Under the pieces are notes generated by a model that ran no database searches, was not told the DNA's origin, and worked only from the letters and a program-made list of their open reading frames with translations. A program made the position numbers and the translations under genes. Source: Octopus vulgaris (taxonomy: Eukaryota). Taken from it: DNA of 64,000 nucleotides. Below, one piece after another: positions 13,162 to 25,560 of the stretch (positions are counted from its first letter, which is position 1; every line of letters begins with the position of its first letter). The stretch is from contig OX597814.1 of the NCBI GenBank assembly GCA_951406725.2, positions 46,128,001 through 46,192,000 on the forward strand. Direction: 5' to 3'.

Positions 13162-14450
13162 TTGGGTTATCCCGTAAATAATGCGTTCTTTTTTCAATTG
13201 CATGAACAAAAAATCAGAGGTGGAAGGGCTAAACCCCCTGCATTAACTTGCTAAAAAAGCAGGTAGTAATTTTAACTTATACTTATTCTCAGTGCAAGTT
13301 TTGAAGAGTGCAGTTCGATTTTAACAGTTATTTTTTTCAATGCTATAATGGAAGTGACAAAGGAGCATATTCATCGTATTTTGCTTTACGAGTTCAATAA
13401 AGGCAACAATGCTATGGTAAGTGTGAGGAACATTAATGCAGTATATGGGGATTGGACCAATAAGTGTAAGTCAGTGTCAACAGTGGTTTCAGAAATTCAG
13501 TGCTGGAAACTACAGCCTAGAAGACATGCCTTGTCCTGGAAGATCTGTAGAGTTCGATGAGGATGTCCTGCAAAACCTGGTGGAACAAAATCCCATTGTA
13601 ACTGTTGAGGAACTAGCAGAGAAGCTTGGATTTTGTTCATTCAACCATTTATCAACTCTTGTGTGCCATTAGAAAAGTCATCAAATTGGGTTAATGAGTT
13701 CCTCACAAACTTTCCAAGTCTAATCATTGGCAGAGAGTGAATGTGTGCTTTTCTTTGCTGTCACATCTCACAAATGAGCCTTTTTTGGACCGAATAGTGA
13801 TTGGTGATGAGAAATAGGTTCTCTATAAAAATGTCAAGTACTGAAGACAGTGGGTAGGGAAAGGAGAATCACCAGCACCCCAGGCTAGAGTTCTTCACCC
13901 ACGTAAGCTGTTGTTATCTGTTTGGTGGGATATGAAAGGTTTAGTCCTCTTTGAACTTTTAAACATAAACCATATGATGACAAAGGAGATCTACTGTGAG
14001 CAGCTTGAGAGCTTAAGTCAGTGCTAGATGAAAAATGACCATCTTTGGTTTCAAGATGAAAGATGTTCTTCCATTAGGATAATGCTTGGCCACATACAGT
14101 GAGGATGACATTCCAAAAGCTGGAGCAGTTTGAATCGGAAACTATGCTCCACCCACCATATTTGCTGGGCATTGTCCCATCTGATTATCATTTATTCCAC
14201 AGTCTTCAAAATCATTTGGATGGAAAAAATATGAATTCTGTAGACAAGGCCAGAACATTACTGAAGGAGTATTTTTCATCACAGACAAGTGAATTTTGGA
14301 AGAGAAGCCTTGCAAGTCTATCTGATAGATAGAAGAGCATTGTAGAAATTGAAGGAGAGTATATTTTAGATTTAAAAAGAACTTTGTTATCTTAATTTTG
14401 AACAATAGAAGAAGTATAAAAAAAACTGCATTATTTATGGTTTGACCCAA
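13162..14450 (+). mobile_element. Full-length but inactivated mariner (DD34D) transposon, about 1.29 kb
   Basis: TA|TTGGGTTATCCCGTAAATAATGC...GCATTATTTATGGTTTGACCCAA|TA gives imperfect TIRs with a TA target duplication. The transposase from ATG 13348 (MEVTKEHIHRILLYEFNKG) has *VPHKL, GDEK*, DNAWPH and HPPYxxxxxPSDYHLF motifs broken by stops and frameshifts. Confidence 0.92.
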
Positions 14451-14559
14451 TATATGAAGAGTGAAGTTGACACAGATATATACCCCTATTTAACACCATT
14501 GTCCATTGGGATTTGTTCTGCCAGAGTAACATATAAGTTGAAATAGGCCTTCATACCAG

Positions 14560-15250
14560 TGACAAACATAATAAACAAGAATGAGGACCCACAGTAAATT
14601 TCTGTTTATTGTATCAAAGATTTTCTTTAGATCAACAAAAACTTGGTAAAAGAGGAGTCTCTGCTCTATACACTTTACTTGCAATTGTCTACTGCTAATG
14701 ATCACATTTTGTGATGCTTCTACCAAATCTAAATCCTTGTTGAAACTCTGTGACAACACTGAAGTGTATGTCTTCAGATCATCATTGTTGTTTAATGTCC
14801 GCTTTTCATGCTGGCATGGGTCAGATGGTTTGATTGTGGGCTGACAAGCTAGAAGGCTGCACCAGGCTCCAATCTCATCTGGCAAAGTTTATGCCAAAAT
14901 TTACAAGAAAATACTACACACATTATCACTGTTTGACTTGGTAATTTTCTCCCTTGTTCAGGGAAATCTATATAGCATCTCTCCAATCAGTTGTAACTGA
15001 TATATTGACTATTAGTGTGGTCACAAGATTAGCCACAACATCCCCATTATGCTTAATAATCTTAGCTGGTATACCATCAGCTCCTGGTGTGTTTTTTTCT
15101 GATTTGACCTGTTTAATGACAGTTTTGACTTCCTCTATACTAGGATTTTTATCCATTTCTTCCATAATATAGTGCTGCAGTAAATCTTTTATGACGTTCT
15201 CATATGTTATGGATAGATTGTAGAAAAGAACTGCGAAATACTCTAGAATA
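14560..15250 (-). mobile_element. Decayed RTE-like RT fragment interrupted by a SINE (14780-14888)
   Basis: PSIEEVKTVIKQVKSEKNTPGADGIPAKI and VFVDLKKIFDTINR on the - strand. Confidence 0.7.
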
Positions 15251-15359
15251 GATAACATAAAACATTATATAAACTTTACAAAAGTAAATAAAATAAAAAT
15301 GTATAACTAAACAGTAATGTCATATATCAACAGAATGTTGCAACTAATATCTAAAAAGG

Positions 15360-15935
15360 TTTGTCAGTCAGCCTCATGGACAAAATGGAAAAAGGCTTTC
15401 CCCCAGAGGATGGTAAGGGAGATGAGACTTGCACTTGTGGATAACCATCTCCACCACAATAGCAGTGAGCAGGGATGTGGCCCAGGCTCCAAGAATGCCA
15501 GAGGTCTCTACTGCTACAGACTCAACAACAAACCTGTTAGAGAGTAGCCAATACTTAAACAGTTTGCTCTTCTTAGCCTGTTGAGCAGTGAACCCTGGGC
15601 TGGAAACTGAGCACATCAATTACCACTGGAGAAGGTGTTAAATTATGTGGTATCCCAGATGAGAAGGTCTACAACCATGGAATGGGAAAATTGTCATACC
15701 ATCAAGCCGTTTACTGTCCCTCTGGCTTGAGTTGGGAAGGGAAGCCTACAATGTTTAGGCCATGCTTTATGATCTCATTGAGAGTAGCATGGTATGGAGG
15801 ACAGCCAGTACTATAATGGCATGACAATAAGTGAGGTTGAAAGAATCCATAGTAGATCCACAGCAGCATTTGTGAGGCTTACAGATCTATTTGGCAAATT
15901 GCTGATCTGTCAAGCATAAGATTTTTCAGGTTTCA
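15360..15935 (-). mobile_element. Relic of a CRE-like non-LTR retrotransposon C-terminus (restriction-like endonuclease)
   Basis: - strand remnants CHATLNEIIKHGL, DSKRLDGMTIFPF and SVAVETSGILG resemble RH..LND.I..AL / KRPDG.T..P / VAVETSG motifs. Confidence 0.55.
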
Positions 15936-15954
15936 AAGCAAAGGAAATTCAATA

Positions 15955-16988
15955 TCATTTTTAATTCTCTTTATAATTAATGAATTGTTTTCCCTCTGAA
16001 CAATGTTGCAACAATTTGAAAAGGTGATAGCTAGATGGAGCATGATCAGGAGAGTAAAGAGGATGAAGCAAAAGTTTCATAATTAGTTCCATAAACATTT
16101 CCTGAGTGAATTGAGTAATATGTAGTCTACATCCCTCAATGTTTGGCCAATGATGGGAGTATTTTCTGGAAATTTTTGTACAGTGCTTCCAATTCATGAC
16201 AATATTTGTCTTTATTAACTGTTTTATTTTGGTTTAACACTTTATGGATAAACAACAACCTTCATATCCCACCAGACACAGAGCATAATGTTTTGGGGTG
16301 TAGTCTTGGTTTGGGAATGGATTCTCCTTTTTCATTGGATACTATCCAATGTTGTTTTCATTGAATATGATTGTTTTCACCCCTTCCGATGATTCTATCC
16401 AGGAAAAGTTTGGTAGCAAGTCTACACTTCAATGACAATTCTTTGGTTAAACTGAGAAGCAGTCAGATGTTGATTGATCCACAGACCAAATTGAGACACT
16501 TTCTCTATTTGTGAAGGTGCCTTATGATCAAAGTGTGTCTTGAATTGAACTAATGTTTGTGCAGTTTGCTTTGGATTTTCCTCAATTACAGTTTTCAGAA
16601 GTTGAATATTTACAGAATTGGTCATCCAGAATGAGGGAAATCTGTGAGAGAAAAATTTCCTGAGCAAAACTGGCTAAACCATCGTTGGTTTGTCTGGACA
16701 CTTAAAACTTCATTTCCACAGGCAGTATGAATATTTCTTACTGTTTCTATTGCTGACGAATCCCCTTTTGAATTCTTATAGCATGTGGTGTCTAATATGA
16801 ATCTGATCTAAACTCATTGAAAAGGATAAAATCAATACACATTTAACCATTCTGGTAAAAAGTAATCTACTAAGAAAGAATAACACATTAGAAGGTAAAA
16901 ATTAATGCATATTTCGCCATAAATATTGAAAATGTTCCCTCAAAATGACCATGTCAAAAAATGCGACAGGATTTTCTTTCCATTCTAA
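15955..16988 (-). mobile_element. Second, 3'-truncated mariner transposon
   Basis: TIR-like end next to TA at 16988, ATG at 16817 (MSLDQIHIRHHML*EFKKG), LLKTVIEENPKQT, and LLHPLYSPDHAPSSYHLF. Confidence 0.8.
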
Positions 16989-18109
16989 TATACACATGTA
17001 CATATATGTATATGTTTATCTATCTGAGTGTGTCTGTCTGTCTCGCTCACTCTCTCTGTCCATGTGTGTATGTGTGTGTGTGCATGTATATACACACATA
17101 TTTGAATGTGTTGTGTTTGTGTATATATATATATATATGTATATATATGTATATATATACACATACTCACATACACATACATTTGATATACACATACATA
17201 TATTTTTACATATTTGTCAAATTTAATTCAAATATTGTTTATCTAAAAGCCTCATTCTTATTATTTAAGTAATTGCAAATAGATGATAGCTTTCGAACTT
17301 TTATTTCAATAATGGGCGAAACTAATAGCAGTAGTTCTGAGATGAATGGGATCCTATAATCCCATTGCAGGTGTTGTACTCATGTTGTGAAGGTTACATT
17401 GCAAGAGTACATTCTACTGCAGACTTTACCCACAGGTGTAATTGAGTGAATTATTTAACACTGTTACTGCTTATTATTTTGAATCAGTTCTACTTAGCTG
17501 TAAATATTTAACTCATATATCTACTGGACCATATATGAGTTAAATATTGGCCAAAAATGAATCTCTATGCAAATAATAGTACATGAATATTAGTTGTTTT
17601 TTTTTAATTGTTGCATGTTTAATGTAGAAATATGTTGTAAAAATATTTTACACTTGAGAATATATAGTATATCGCATGAATAATAAATAGAACAGTAATA
17701 TATATTTAGAGCAGCTTTCTTTTTTTATAATGTTGTATAGTGTTTGTGGTAATTAGTTTATAAATGCTAATGTACTTTTGTTTTATTAAAGCACAATAAA
17801 ACACACTATTGAGCTATTTAAATACAGTTCCACTATCATTGTCATATGCCAATATTAATGCAAAGACAAATGCTAGAGAGACTGGCACTAACTTCTCAAT
17901 AGTAGATTATATGTTGTGGGTGTATATTCATAAAGTTGCTTTTTTTCAAAATTTCCATTATTTCCAAAAATATAAGATCTTTCTCTCTCTGGCCAGAAAA
18001 ACTTGTACTTCCTCTTCAGCAAGACACCTATATCTGTTTCACTGTAACCTTTACATCATCACCTCCTCCAATGCATCCTCCCCTCTTAAAAGTTTTTGTT
18101 TTGCATGTA

Positions 18110-18445
18110 CTTGGTAACCCCGTCAGTGCAGGTGCCTCTTAAAAGCACCTAGTCCACACTGTAAAGTGGTTGGTGTTCAGAAGGGCATCCAGCTGTAAAA
18201 ACCTTGCCAAAACTGACCTCGCCTGCGCTTGTGCCACATAAAAAGCACTACTCACCTCACCTGTGCTTGTGCCACATAAAAAGCACTGAATCCACTCTAC
18301 TGAGTGGCTGGTGTTGGGAAGGTCATCCAGCTGTAAAAATCCTGCCAAAACTGTCACAGAAATCCAGTGCAGTCTCCAGCCTAGCCGGCTCTTGTGGTAC
18401 CATTCCACCTATGTTAGCATTGAACATAGATGTTAAATGATGATG
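18110..18445 (+). mobile_element. SINE of the (ATG)n-tail family with an internal duplication
   Basis: aaaagcac repeats, two copies of g(g/t)catccagctgtaaaaa, ends ttaaatgatgatga. Confidence 0.7.
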
Positions 18446-19039
18446 AGATAACATATGTATTGCTGCAACTGCTTTGTGTGAGTCAGCATTAAACAGGATT
18501 TTTGTAAAATACATGAAATTAGGTATCCAAGAATGGAGATGAGACTGATGTAGTGAATAGTAAAAAGTCACATAAGTACTTACTATGATATTTGAATGAG
18601 ACACTTAGAGGTCAATCAGAAAGGGTGTAATCTTAGGAGCATCAGTATCTTATATACATAAATGGAGTTCTGGCACTATATTTACAGGTCGATAATGATG
18701 TTATAATCCAGCATTAATGCTCATGTGTTTAATATAATTTTAGAAATAACTACAAGTACTACACAGTGATATCTTATATGATTAATATAGTTAGTTTTTA
18801 TTCTTATCTCAGTATTGAGTCATTGATGGTGACAGCAGAATCAGTTGAGTCCCAGTCAAAATGATCTTGTTTTATTTAGATGTTCCTTTACCTTCTGAGT
18901 GTCATTTACCTCTGTGTGTCATTTAATGAGTACCAGTAATATACAGGTTGTCTATTTAATCAACTTTGCTCATCTCTTAACAATCTGTGTCATTGTGTTG
19001 TGTCAACACATGAAATCAGTATTGAATTATTGGAGGTTA

Positions 19040-19077
<38 letters not shown>

Positions 19078-19244
19078 GTAAATCATAAATCCAAAGGAGA
19101 AGCACACTCTAAGTTATAGAGCAGTAGAATAATTAGATAAAGATAGCTAAGGCTGGTCTGTGTGGTTACCCTTGGTTTCACATCCATAAAGATGGACATG
19201 AAACCCAGGGTAACATTATAGATGAACCATAGCTACCTTTAATC

Positions 19245-19283
<39 letters not shown>

Positions 19284-19289
<6 letters not shown>

Positions 19290-19952
19290 AAGAAGGGTAG
19301 AAATATTAGTTACTACCAGGTGCCCAGCACAAAAGACGAATCAGTCATAAGACAAAAATATTATTCGTATAGAAAAATATTATTCATGTAGTAATACAAT
19401 TAAAGGCCCCTAAATTAGGGTGCCGAGTGCTGGGGACACAAAAAGAAGATGAACTTATCGAGAGTGAAAATCAAAAACATTTACCGATAACTTTACACCT
19501 CGGACCGATCAGTTTCTGCCTCTTTCTAGCAAAACACAAAATATGTTTGCTAAGGCTGGCTTTATCAACGAGTCGCCTAAATTGAATCGAGGTCTGCAGC
19601 GATGTGAGAACATGTGTCGATCTCGACTACTAGCAGATCTTAACTTTACAAATCTCTGCGCAGACGCAAAATCTACACGGCAGTATAGGGCATGCCGGGA
19701 AGAATTTTACAAATAAATTCATCATGTAAATATGCGAATATAAACAAGAAGGGTAGAAATATTAGTTACTACCAGGTGCCCAGCACAAAAGACGAATCAG
19801 TCATAAGACAAAAATATTATTCGTATAGAAAAATATTATTCATGTAGTAATACAATTAAAGGCCCCTAAATTAGGGTGCCGAGTGCTGGGGACACAAAAA
19901 GAAGAAGAACTCCCCAGCACTCGGCACCCTAATTTAGGGGCCTTTAATTGTA
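19284..19952 (-). mobile_element. Non-coding retrozyme-like or non-autonomous PLE-derived element: ~457-bp unit, ~170-bp direct repeat, inverted terminal piece
   Basis: aaacaagaagggtagaaat...gacacaaaaagaaga at about 19285-19450 is repeated almost exactly at about 19742-19906. 19912-19952 is the reverse complement of 19850-19891. Both flanks are (TA)n and a hammerhead motif lies inside. Confidence 0.65.
19499..19572 (-). ncRNA. Type I hammerhead ribozyme motif, U3-A8 core variant, extended stem II
   Basis: - strand: CTCG-TTGATAA-[AGCCAGCCT TAGCAAA...TTTGCTA GAAAG AGGCA]-GAAA-CT GATC GG-TC-CGAG. Stem I CTCG/CGAG, palindromic GATC loop III, GUC cleavage triplet. Confidence 0.65.
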
Positions 19953-20486
19953 TATATATATATATATAATATTAATATTAGGGAGTAAATCCAAACTTAC
20001 AGGGAAAAATTAGATTTAGGATTAAATCTAATTTTACAGTATAAATATATATGTATGTATATTTAATTAGAGATAAAACCACTATTAAGCAAATCAAACA
20101 TAAACCAAACATAAAAATAAAATTAATTAATATAATATACAAAATATATAAAATATAAAATTCAAGTTTGATAATAGAGTTTTTTATAAGAAAAATTATT
20201 ATTTTATTTATTTCTTAAAAAAATATTGTTTAAATATATTTGATTATTCATTTAAATATTATCATTAACCTGAAAATTGACTATAACCATAATTCGAATT
20301 ATTCATTGAATTTAAATTATTGTTATTCAAATTAGGTTATGGGCATGAAACAATCGTAGTGGTTTTACTTTTTATCTTATATTAACTTTTTAATACTTTT
20401 TGATAGTTATATATATTTAATATAATACTATTAAAAAAAAATAATAAATATATATCATTAAATAAATAAAAATAAAAATAAAAAAT

Positions 20487-20526
<40 letters not shown>

Positions 20527-20683
20527 TAATAATTAAAAAACTTTTTTTAATTTTTAACTTTTAAATAATTTAAATTTTGAATTTTATATTTTATATACTT
20601 TGTATATTATATTATATTAATTAATCTTATTTCTATGTTTTAGTTTATGTTTTTCACTGTTTGATTATCTCTAATTTAATGTA

Positions 20684-21123
20684 TCTCTCTATATATAAAC
20701 GGCAGTTTGTCTGTGTGTGTGTCTGTGTGTCTGTCAGGTTGTATTCTCACCCTGACCACGGCTTTCAACCGATTCTGATGAAACTTGACACACACATAGC
20801 CCAATGTCATAATTCAAAACTAACGCAGTGAAAATTTTGAAAAGTTCCCCCAGTTCTGAGAAAAATCGATAAATTCGACATGGGGTCGAGAATCTAAGCT
20901 TTTTATATGCAACACATTTTCTGTCTAGGGGACACAACTCGACCTTTTTATCGTCCAAAGGGACAGCTAGGAACATAGTATATACAGAAGTATTCGAGTG
21001 AAGAGAAGACATTGCAACCTACACATGCGCCTTCGTTCCCTAGAGGGAAAGGACTAGATTGGGATTAGTCGTTGCCTACTAGGGGCTCTTACATACCCGG
21101 GCAACGCCGGGCTATGCTGCTAG
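20684..21123 (+). mobile_element. Non-autonomous Helitron
   Basis: A|TCTCTCTATATATAAA 5' end, internal (CTGT/GT)n, subterminal hairpin CCCGG-GCAACG-CCGGG at 21096-21111, 3' CTAG|T. Confidence 0.85.
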
Positions 21124-21529
21124 TATATATATATATATATATATATATCAAAAGTACCATCAGAAAATATTTTGAATAAAAGATGACTACAGCATTCTGT
21201 ACATATAATTTTAAAATAGAATATAGCTGTTTCATTTTCTCTCAGCTCATTTGTACTCTATCATTCAATCATACTATTATTTCACATCCAATCAAGTATT
21301 GACAATAAATACTAAATATCATAAACACCAAAACTGAACCTGGTGGTTTATTAAATGTAAAGTTGAAACTATCAGAAAAAACATTTCTTCTGATCTAATC
21401 TCCTTTTACGTGTTAAAAAGAACAAAATCGTTTAACAATAGAAATACGGGTACAAATATTCCTATAGAGAACAACTAATAGATTTAAATGACTCTTGTAC
21501 TTTTTGTCTTCTATGGAAAAATAAAAGGT

Positions 21530-21985
21530 TAAGGTGTCACCAGCAATATTTCTAACATCAGAAATGACAAGGAGCTTGCAGAGTTGTGAAATGTGATTCT
21601 TTAGGAAAATATTGAGGATAGCATGGACAAAGTGTCTAATGAAGAAGTGATGACCCAGGCAGTGGTAAATAGGAAACTGCTTCATGAAATAAGGCCCTAG
21701 AAACTGAGCTGTTTTGGTCACATGATTAAGAATGAGGGCCTGGAGAATTTAGCAATGACCAGAAAGACTGAAGGGGAAAGAAGCAGAGGAAAGAGAATGA
21801 TGATATGGACGTCAAGCTTGATGAACTGGTTGAAAGAAAGACGTGTTAAACATCAGGAAGTGGAACTGTTATAGAAAACAAAGAACAGAGAATTGTGGCA
21901 GACACAATCACCTATGTCTTACGTTCTGAACATGATCACCTATGTTCTACATTCTGGACATGACACCCAAAGAAAGAAAGAAAGA
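21530..21985 (+). mobile_element. 3' end of an RTE-clade LINE
   Basis: Broken frame EM*FFRKILRIAW...SNEEV...GHMIKNEGLENLAMT..EGERSRGKR, then an (AGAA)n tail. A 28-nt tandem duplication lies near 21908-21962. Confidence 0.65.
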
Positions 21986-22271
21986 TAACTGGAAAGCTAC
22001 ATCTTAACTGATCGTAGTTACTGGGCTGAGCACATACATGACATAGTAGTAAAATTTCAGCAAAGGGAAATCATAAAAGGAATTCATCAAATTTTTTTAC
22101 TTTGAATATTTTTATTATGATAACATTGTTGAGAAAGAGACAAATGTCACTGCTTCCCATTACTTTACCTATATAGTTATCATTGTGAATTGTTGATTTT
22201 ACTAAGATTGAGATTTCAGTAATTAGGATTTCTAATATAGGCATATAAGGTCACTGATTTTGTGTATAGTC

Positions 22272-22306
<35 letters not shown>

Positions 22307-22625
22307 GCTAGTACTCGTTTTATTGACCCTGGAAGGATAGCAGCTAAAGTTGCTCTTGATAGATTTGAACTGGGAAAAGAAAGGTACATAGCTAAATATT
22401 GCAAGACATTTTGTCTGATACTGTACTGTTTCTGCTTTAATAGAATACAAATATATTCAATTAATTAAACAAAATTTAAAGAAGTATTTTTGAAAATTAA
22501 ATATGTTTAATTTATATGCTTTTATTTTTTATAATTTATGATATTTCTAATACATTCATTAACAATTTCTTATTGTTGTATTATATTAATCTTTTAACAT
22601 TAGAATTCCCCCTTTTTTACTCCAG

Positions 22626-22658
22626 CTGCTGCCGCTGCTGCAGGGCTTGTTTCAGGTG
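22626..22658 (+). CDS. CADPS: Candidate 33-nt CADPS microexon, (A)AAAAAGLVSG; an alternative donor after 22655 would give 30 nt
   Basis: Strong pyrimidine tract ttcccccttttttactccag|CT GCT GCC GCT GCT GCA GGG CTT GTT TCA GGT G|gtaggt. A GC-rich island in AT-rich intron, phase 1-1. TGCATG at 22712 and 22871. Confidence 0.65.
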
Positions 22659-24329
22659 GTAGGTGCTACAAACTTATGCACTCTTCTGTTCACATACTTT
22701 AATTTAATTTTTGCATGATATTTTGGTGGTGTTGAATAGATGTGTAATCTTTTCTCTCTCTTCTGTTATTTTGCACCTCAGATACATTTCACAAAATATC
22801 TAATTTATATATTTTATATTTGTAGTAATTGAAGTATGAGTGTGTTTATATATGCATACATGTGTGTGTGTGCATGTTATTTATACATATCAACCAGTAA
22901 TATAACATAATATGATCTTGATTCAATACTTTTAAAAAGCTCTTAATTTAATCAAGAACTTTTTAAGAACAAATTTATATGCAGAAATAAAGGTTCCAGT
23001 CATAATGGAGTTAACAGTCAGTTTAGTTTATCATAGCTCTAGTTTAATTTGGTTTTGTGTGAACTTAAAAATGTTTAATATATATATAACAATAAGTTAT
23101 ATTTTCCTTATGTCATTACTTAAAAATCAGTATATTTAAAAGGCAATTTATTTTGCCAATTTTTCGGAAGTAATATTTTCTTTAGCATGTCATTAAAATT
23201 AGATTGACTTAAAATATTATCATAATTAGTATTTACAACTTCTAAATTTATTTGACAGCATCAATATGAAATTGCCTTTTTGTTTCAAGGCTGATTAAGG
23301 CTACTCAATAATAATAATATGCATGCCCATATAATTCTTTATTCTTATCACTTTATTTAAATACCTTAGATTTATTCTTTAAAATATTATTTCAAAAAAA
23401 ATCTTTCTCTGCTTATGTTTTCATATTACATCGTATGTATATGTGTGTGTGTGTGTAAGAGAGAGAGTTAGAGTACATATTTTTCAAATGTGTAAATCAT
23501 AAGAAATACATCCAATCACCAGTCACTTTCCTTAACTCAAAATCATTTGCTCTTACCTATCGCATTGATACTCTACATCATATCTGATCCTTTGGGTTTT
23601 GTTGTTTAATCAAGAGCCTCAACCAAATTTTTTTTACTCTCCAAAATAACTTCCTTGAAGATGTCAAGATTTTTAATTTCTCTGGTTCTCCTAATTCATT
23701 ACACAGGTACATCTGATGTGGGAGCTCAGATCTTTATCCTTAAAAAATTTGCCAACTAATCTTTTCTCACTTTTATATTTACAATTCTTCTCCTTAACCC
23801 TACCAACTCTTGATTCCTTCCTCATTTCACAATTAACCTATACTTCTATACATCTAAGTTTCCTTTCAGTTATTCATTTGACCTCTTTCTCATAACCACC
23901 ACTTGCATAAGAGCCAAATAAACCCATCTGCACCTTGAATTTGCCTGCTGATAGTCTGCACCGTAGAAATTACCTTTACCATAAATAAGATGAAAGAAAA
24001 CCCTGTGTGATATAAATATTATTGGCTTATCATTTCCTCATGCTGAGTTTCTAATCTGAGGGTAGTGGTTTTAAATGATCACTTTCCTTACTAACTTAAT
24101 GCTGTTTCCCTCCTCAATGACTGCAAGTATATTTCCACAGAACAATATAAAATGGAGCATTTCTCTTACATCATATATTAGTGTTTTTTTCATCTGTGAA
24201 AACTCAAGGTTGCTCAGTTTATTCATAATGTTAATTTTTTTAGTTTTACAGTAATGTGATTTAACATCATTATTTTCACATCTCTCTGAAATGTAAGAGC
24301 TTATTACATTAGGTAAATCATGTACATCA

Positions 24330-25560
24330 TCAAAGTATTTTTTCATTGCAGGTTTAACCCTGATGCTTCTTAAATTAGGAGAGTTATTACTTCTTTAACA
24401 AGATTCATTGTTGTTTTTTATAGCTTCATTATGTGCCCATTTCAATTGGTATATGTTTAGGACTGATTTAGTCTACACAAACCAAATTTCTAATCCAATT
24501 CCTTGTACTGAAAGCAATTTTGATTCCAATTTTTAAAGTTTGCAATTGCTAGTGTTGAACTATATTGATTAGTGTTGAACTAATCTGATATCCCATCAAC
24601 TCAAAGGACTTTGTTATCTGTTAGCATGAAGAATAGTGTGATAGTTGAAAATTAATTGAGGTAAAAATGACTTTAAATTTTTCTCTCTGTTGGGAGAGTG
24701 CATTTAACACCATTTTGACTGTTTGCACCATAATTTGTGCAATTCAAAATTTTTGACATGCAAGTAAATAGGAAAATGGAAATTATCATGGCACCTGTTT
24801 TAGGATACAGTGCTTTCTTTCAGGAACACTTATAGCTTCTTGAAAAAGAATCTGTTATGATAAGCAGCAATCTAGTACCATTAATATGAATATGATTCAT
24901 GTATACATGAATCCAGAGATCTAAATCTTTGGGCCATGAATGGAATCTATTCTCTTGAAATTTTTTTTCTTTGCACATGGATATAATTCTCAACATTACT
25001 TGAATAGCCAGGCTAGTATGCCTCAAGTTTTAGGTGACATAGTTTACAATTGTCATTGTTGTAACATCCTTGATACATGGCATTTCTTGTATATACTTTA
25101 AATGAGTTTAATTTGTATTAATTCTTTAATACCTAGGTCACATTGACCTCTTGCCACATTATTGCGGACTGAGTTGTTTGAACTCGTAATATTGAGAACG
25201 ATGCCAAAGTTTTGTGATGATCTCAGATGATTTTTGATATGGAGACAAATGTGGTTCCTTCAGCAACAACAAAATTCTTTTTGGGTCTCATATTATTTAT
25301 AATATTAAAAATAAACACCCAAACTGATGTATTGATCAAAGAATTGAACAACTTATATGATTGGATCTACCTTTTAGTATTATTAAATTAAAAGCCAACC
25401 ATCAAGGCACCCTAATATAGTTTAAACATAGGAATAAATGGTATACCATGAAAAAGAAGAGAAGTTTGATATTTCAGAAAAAGCTTTTTATGAGAGAATT
25501 AAAATGCTCATTGTAGATATTTCCTATTTCTCCAATGACTTCTTTACCTTGTGACATAGT
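24330..25560 (-). mobile_element. Highly decayed Ty3/Gypsy integrase relic
   Basis: ORF 24820-25026(-) HSWPKDLDLWIHVYMNHIHINGTRLLLIITDSFSR resembles the integrase WP....W.R.H.D....L..VDSFS motif. Confidence 0.5.
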
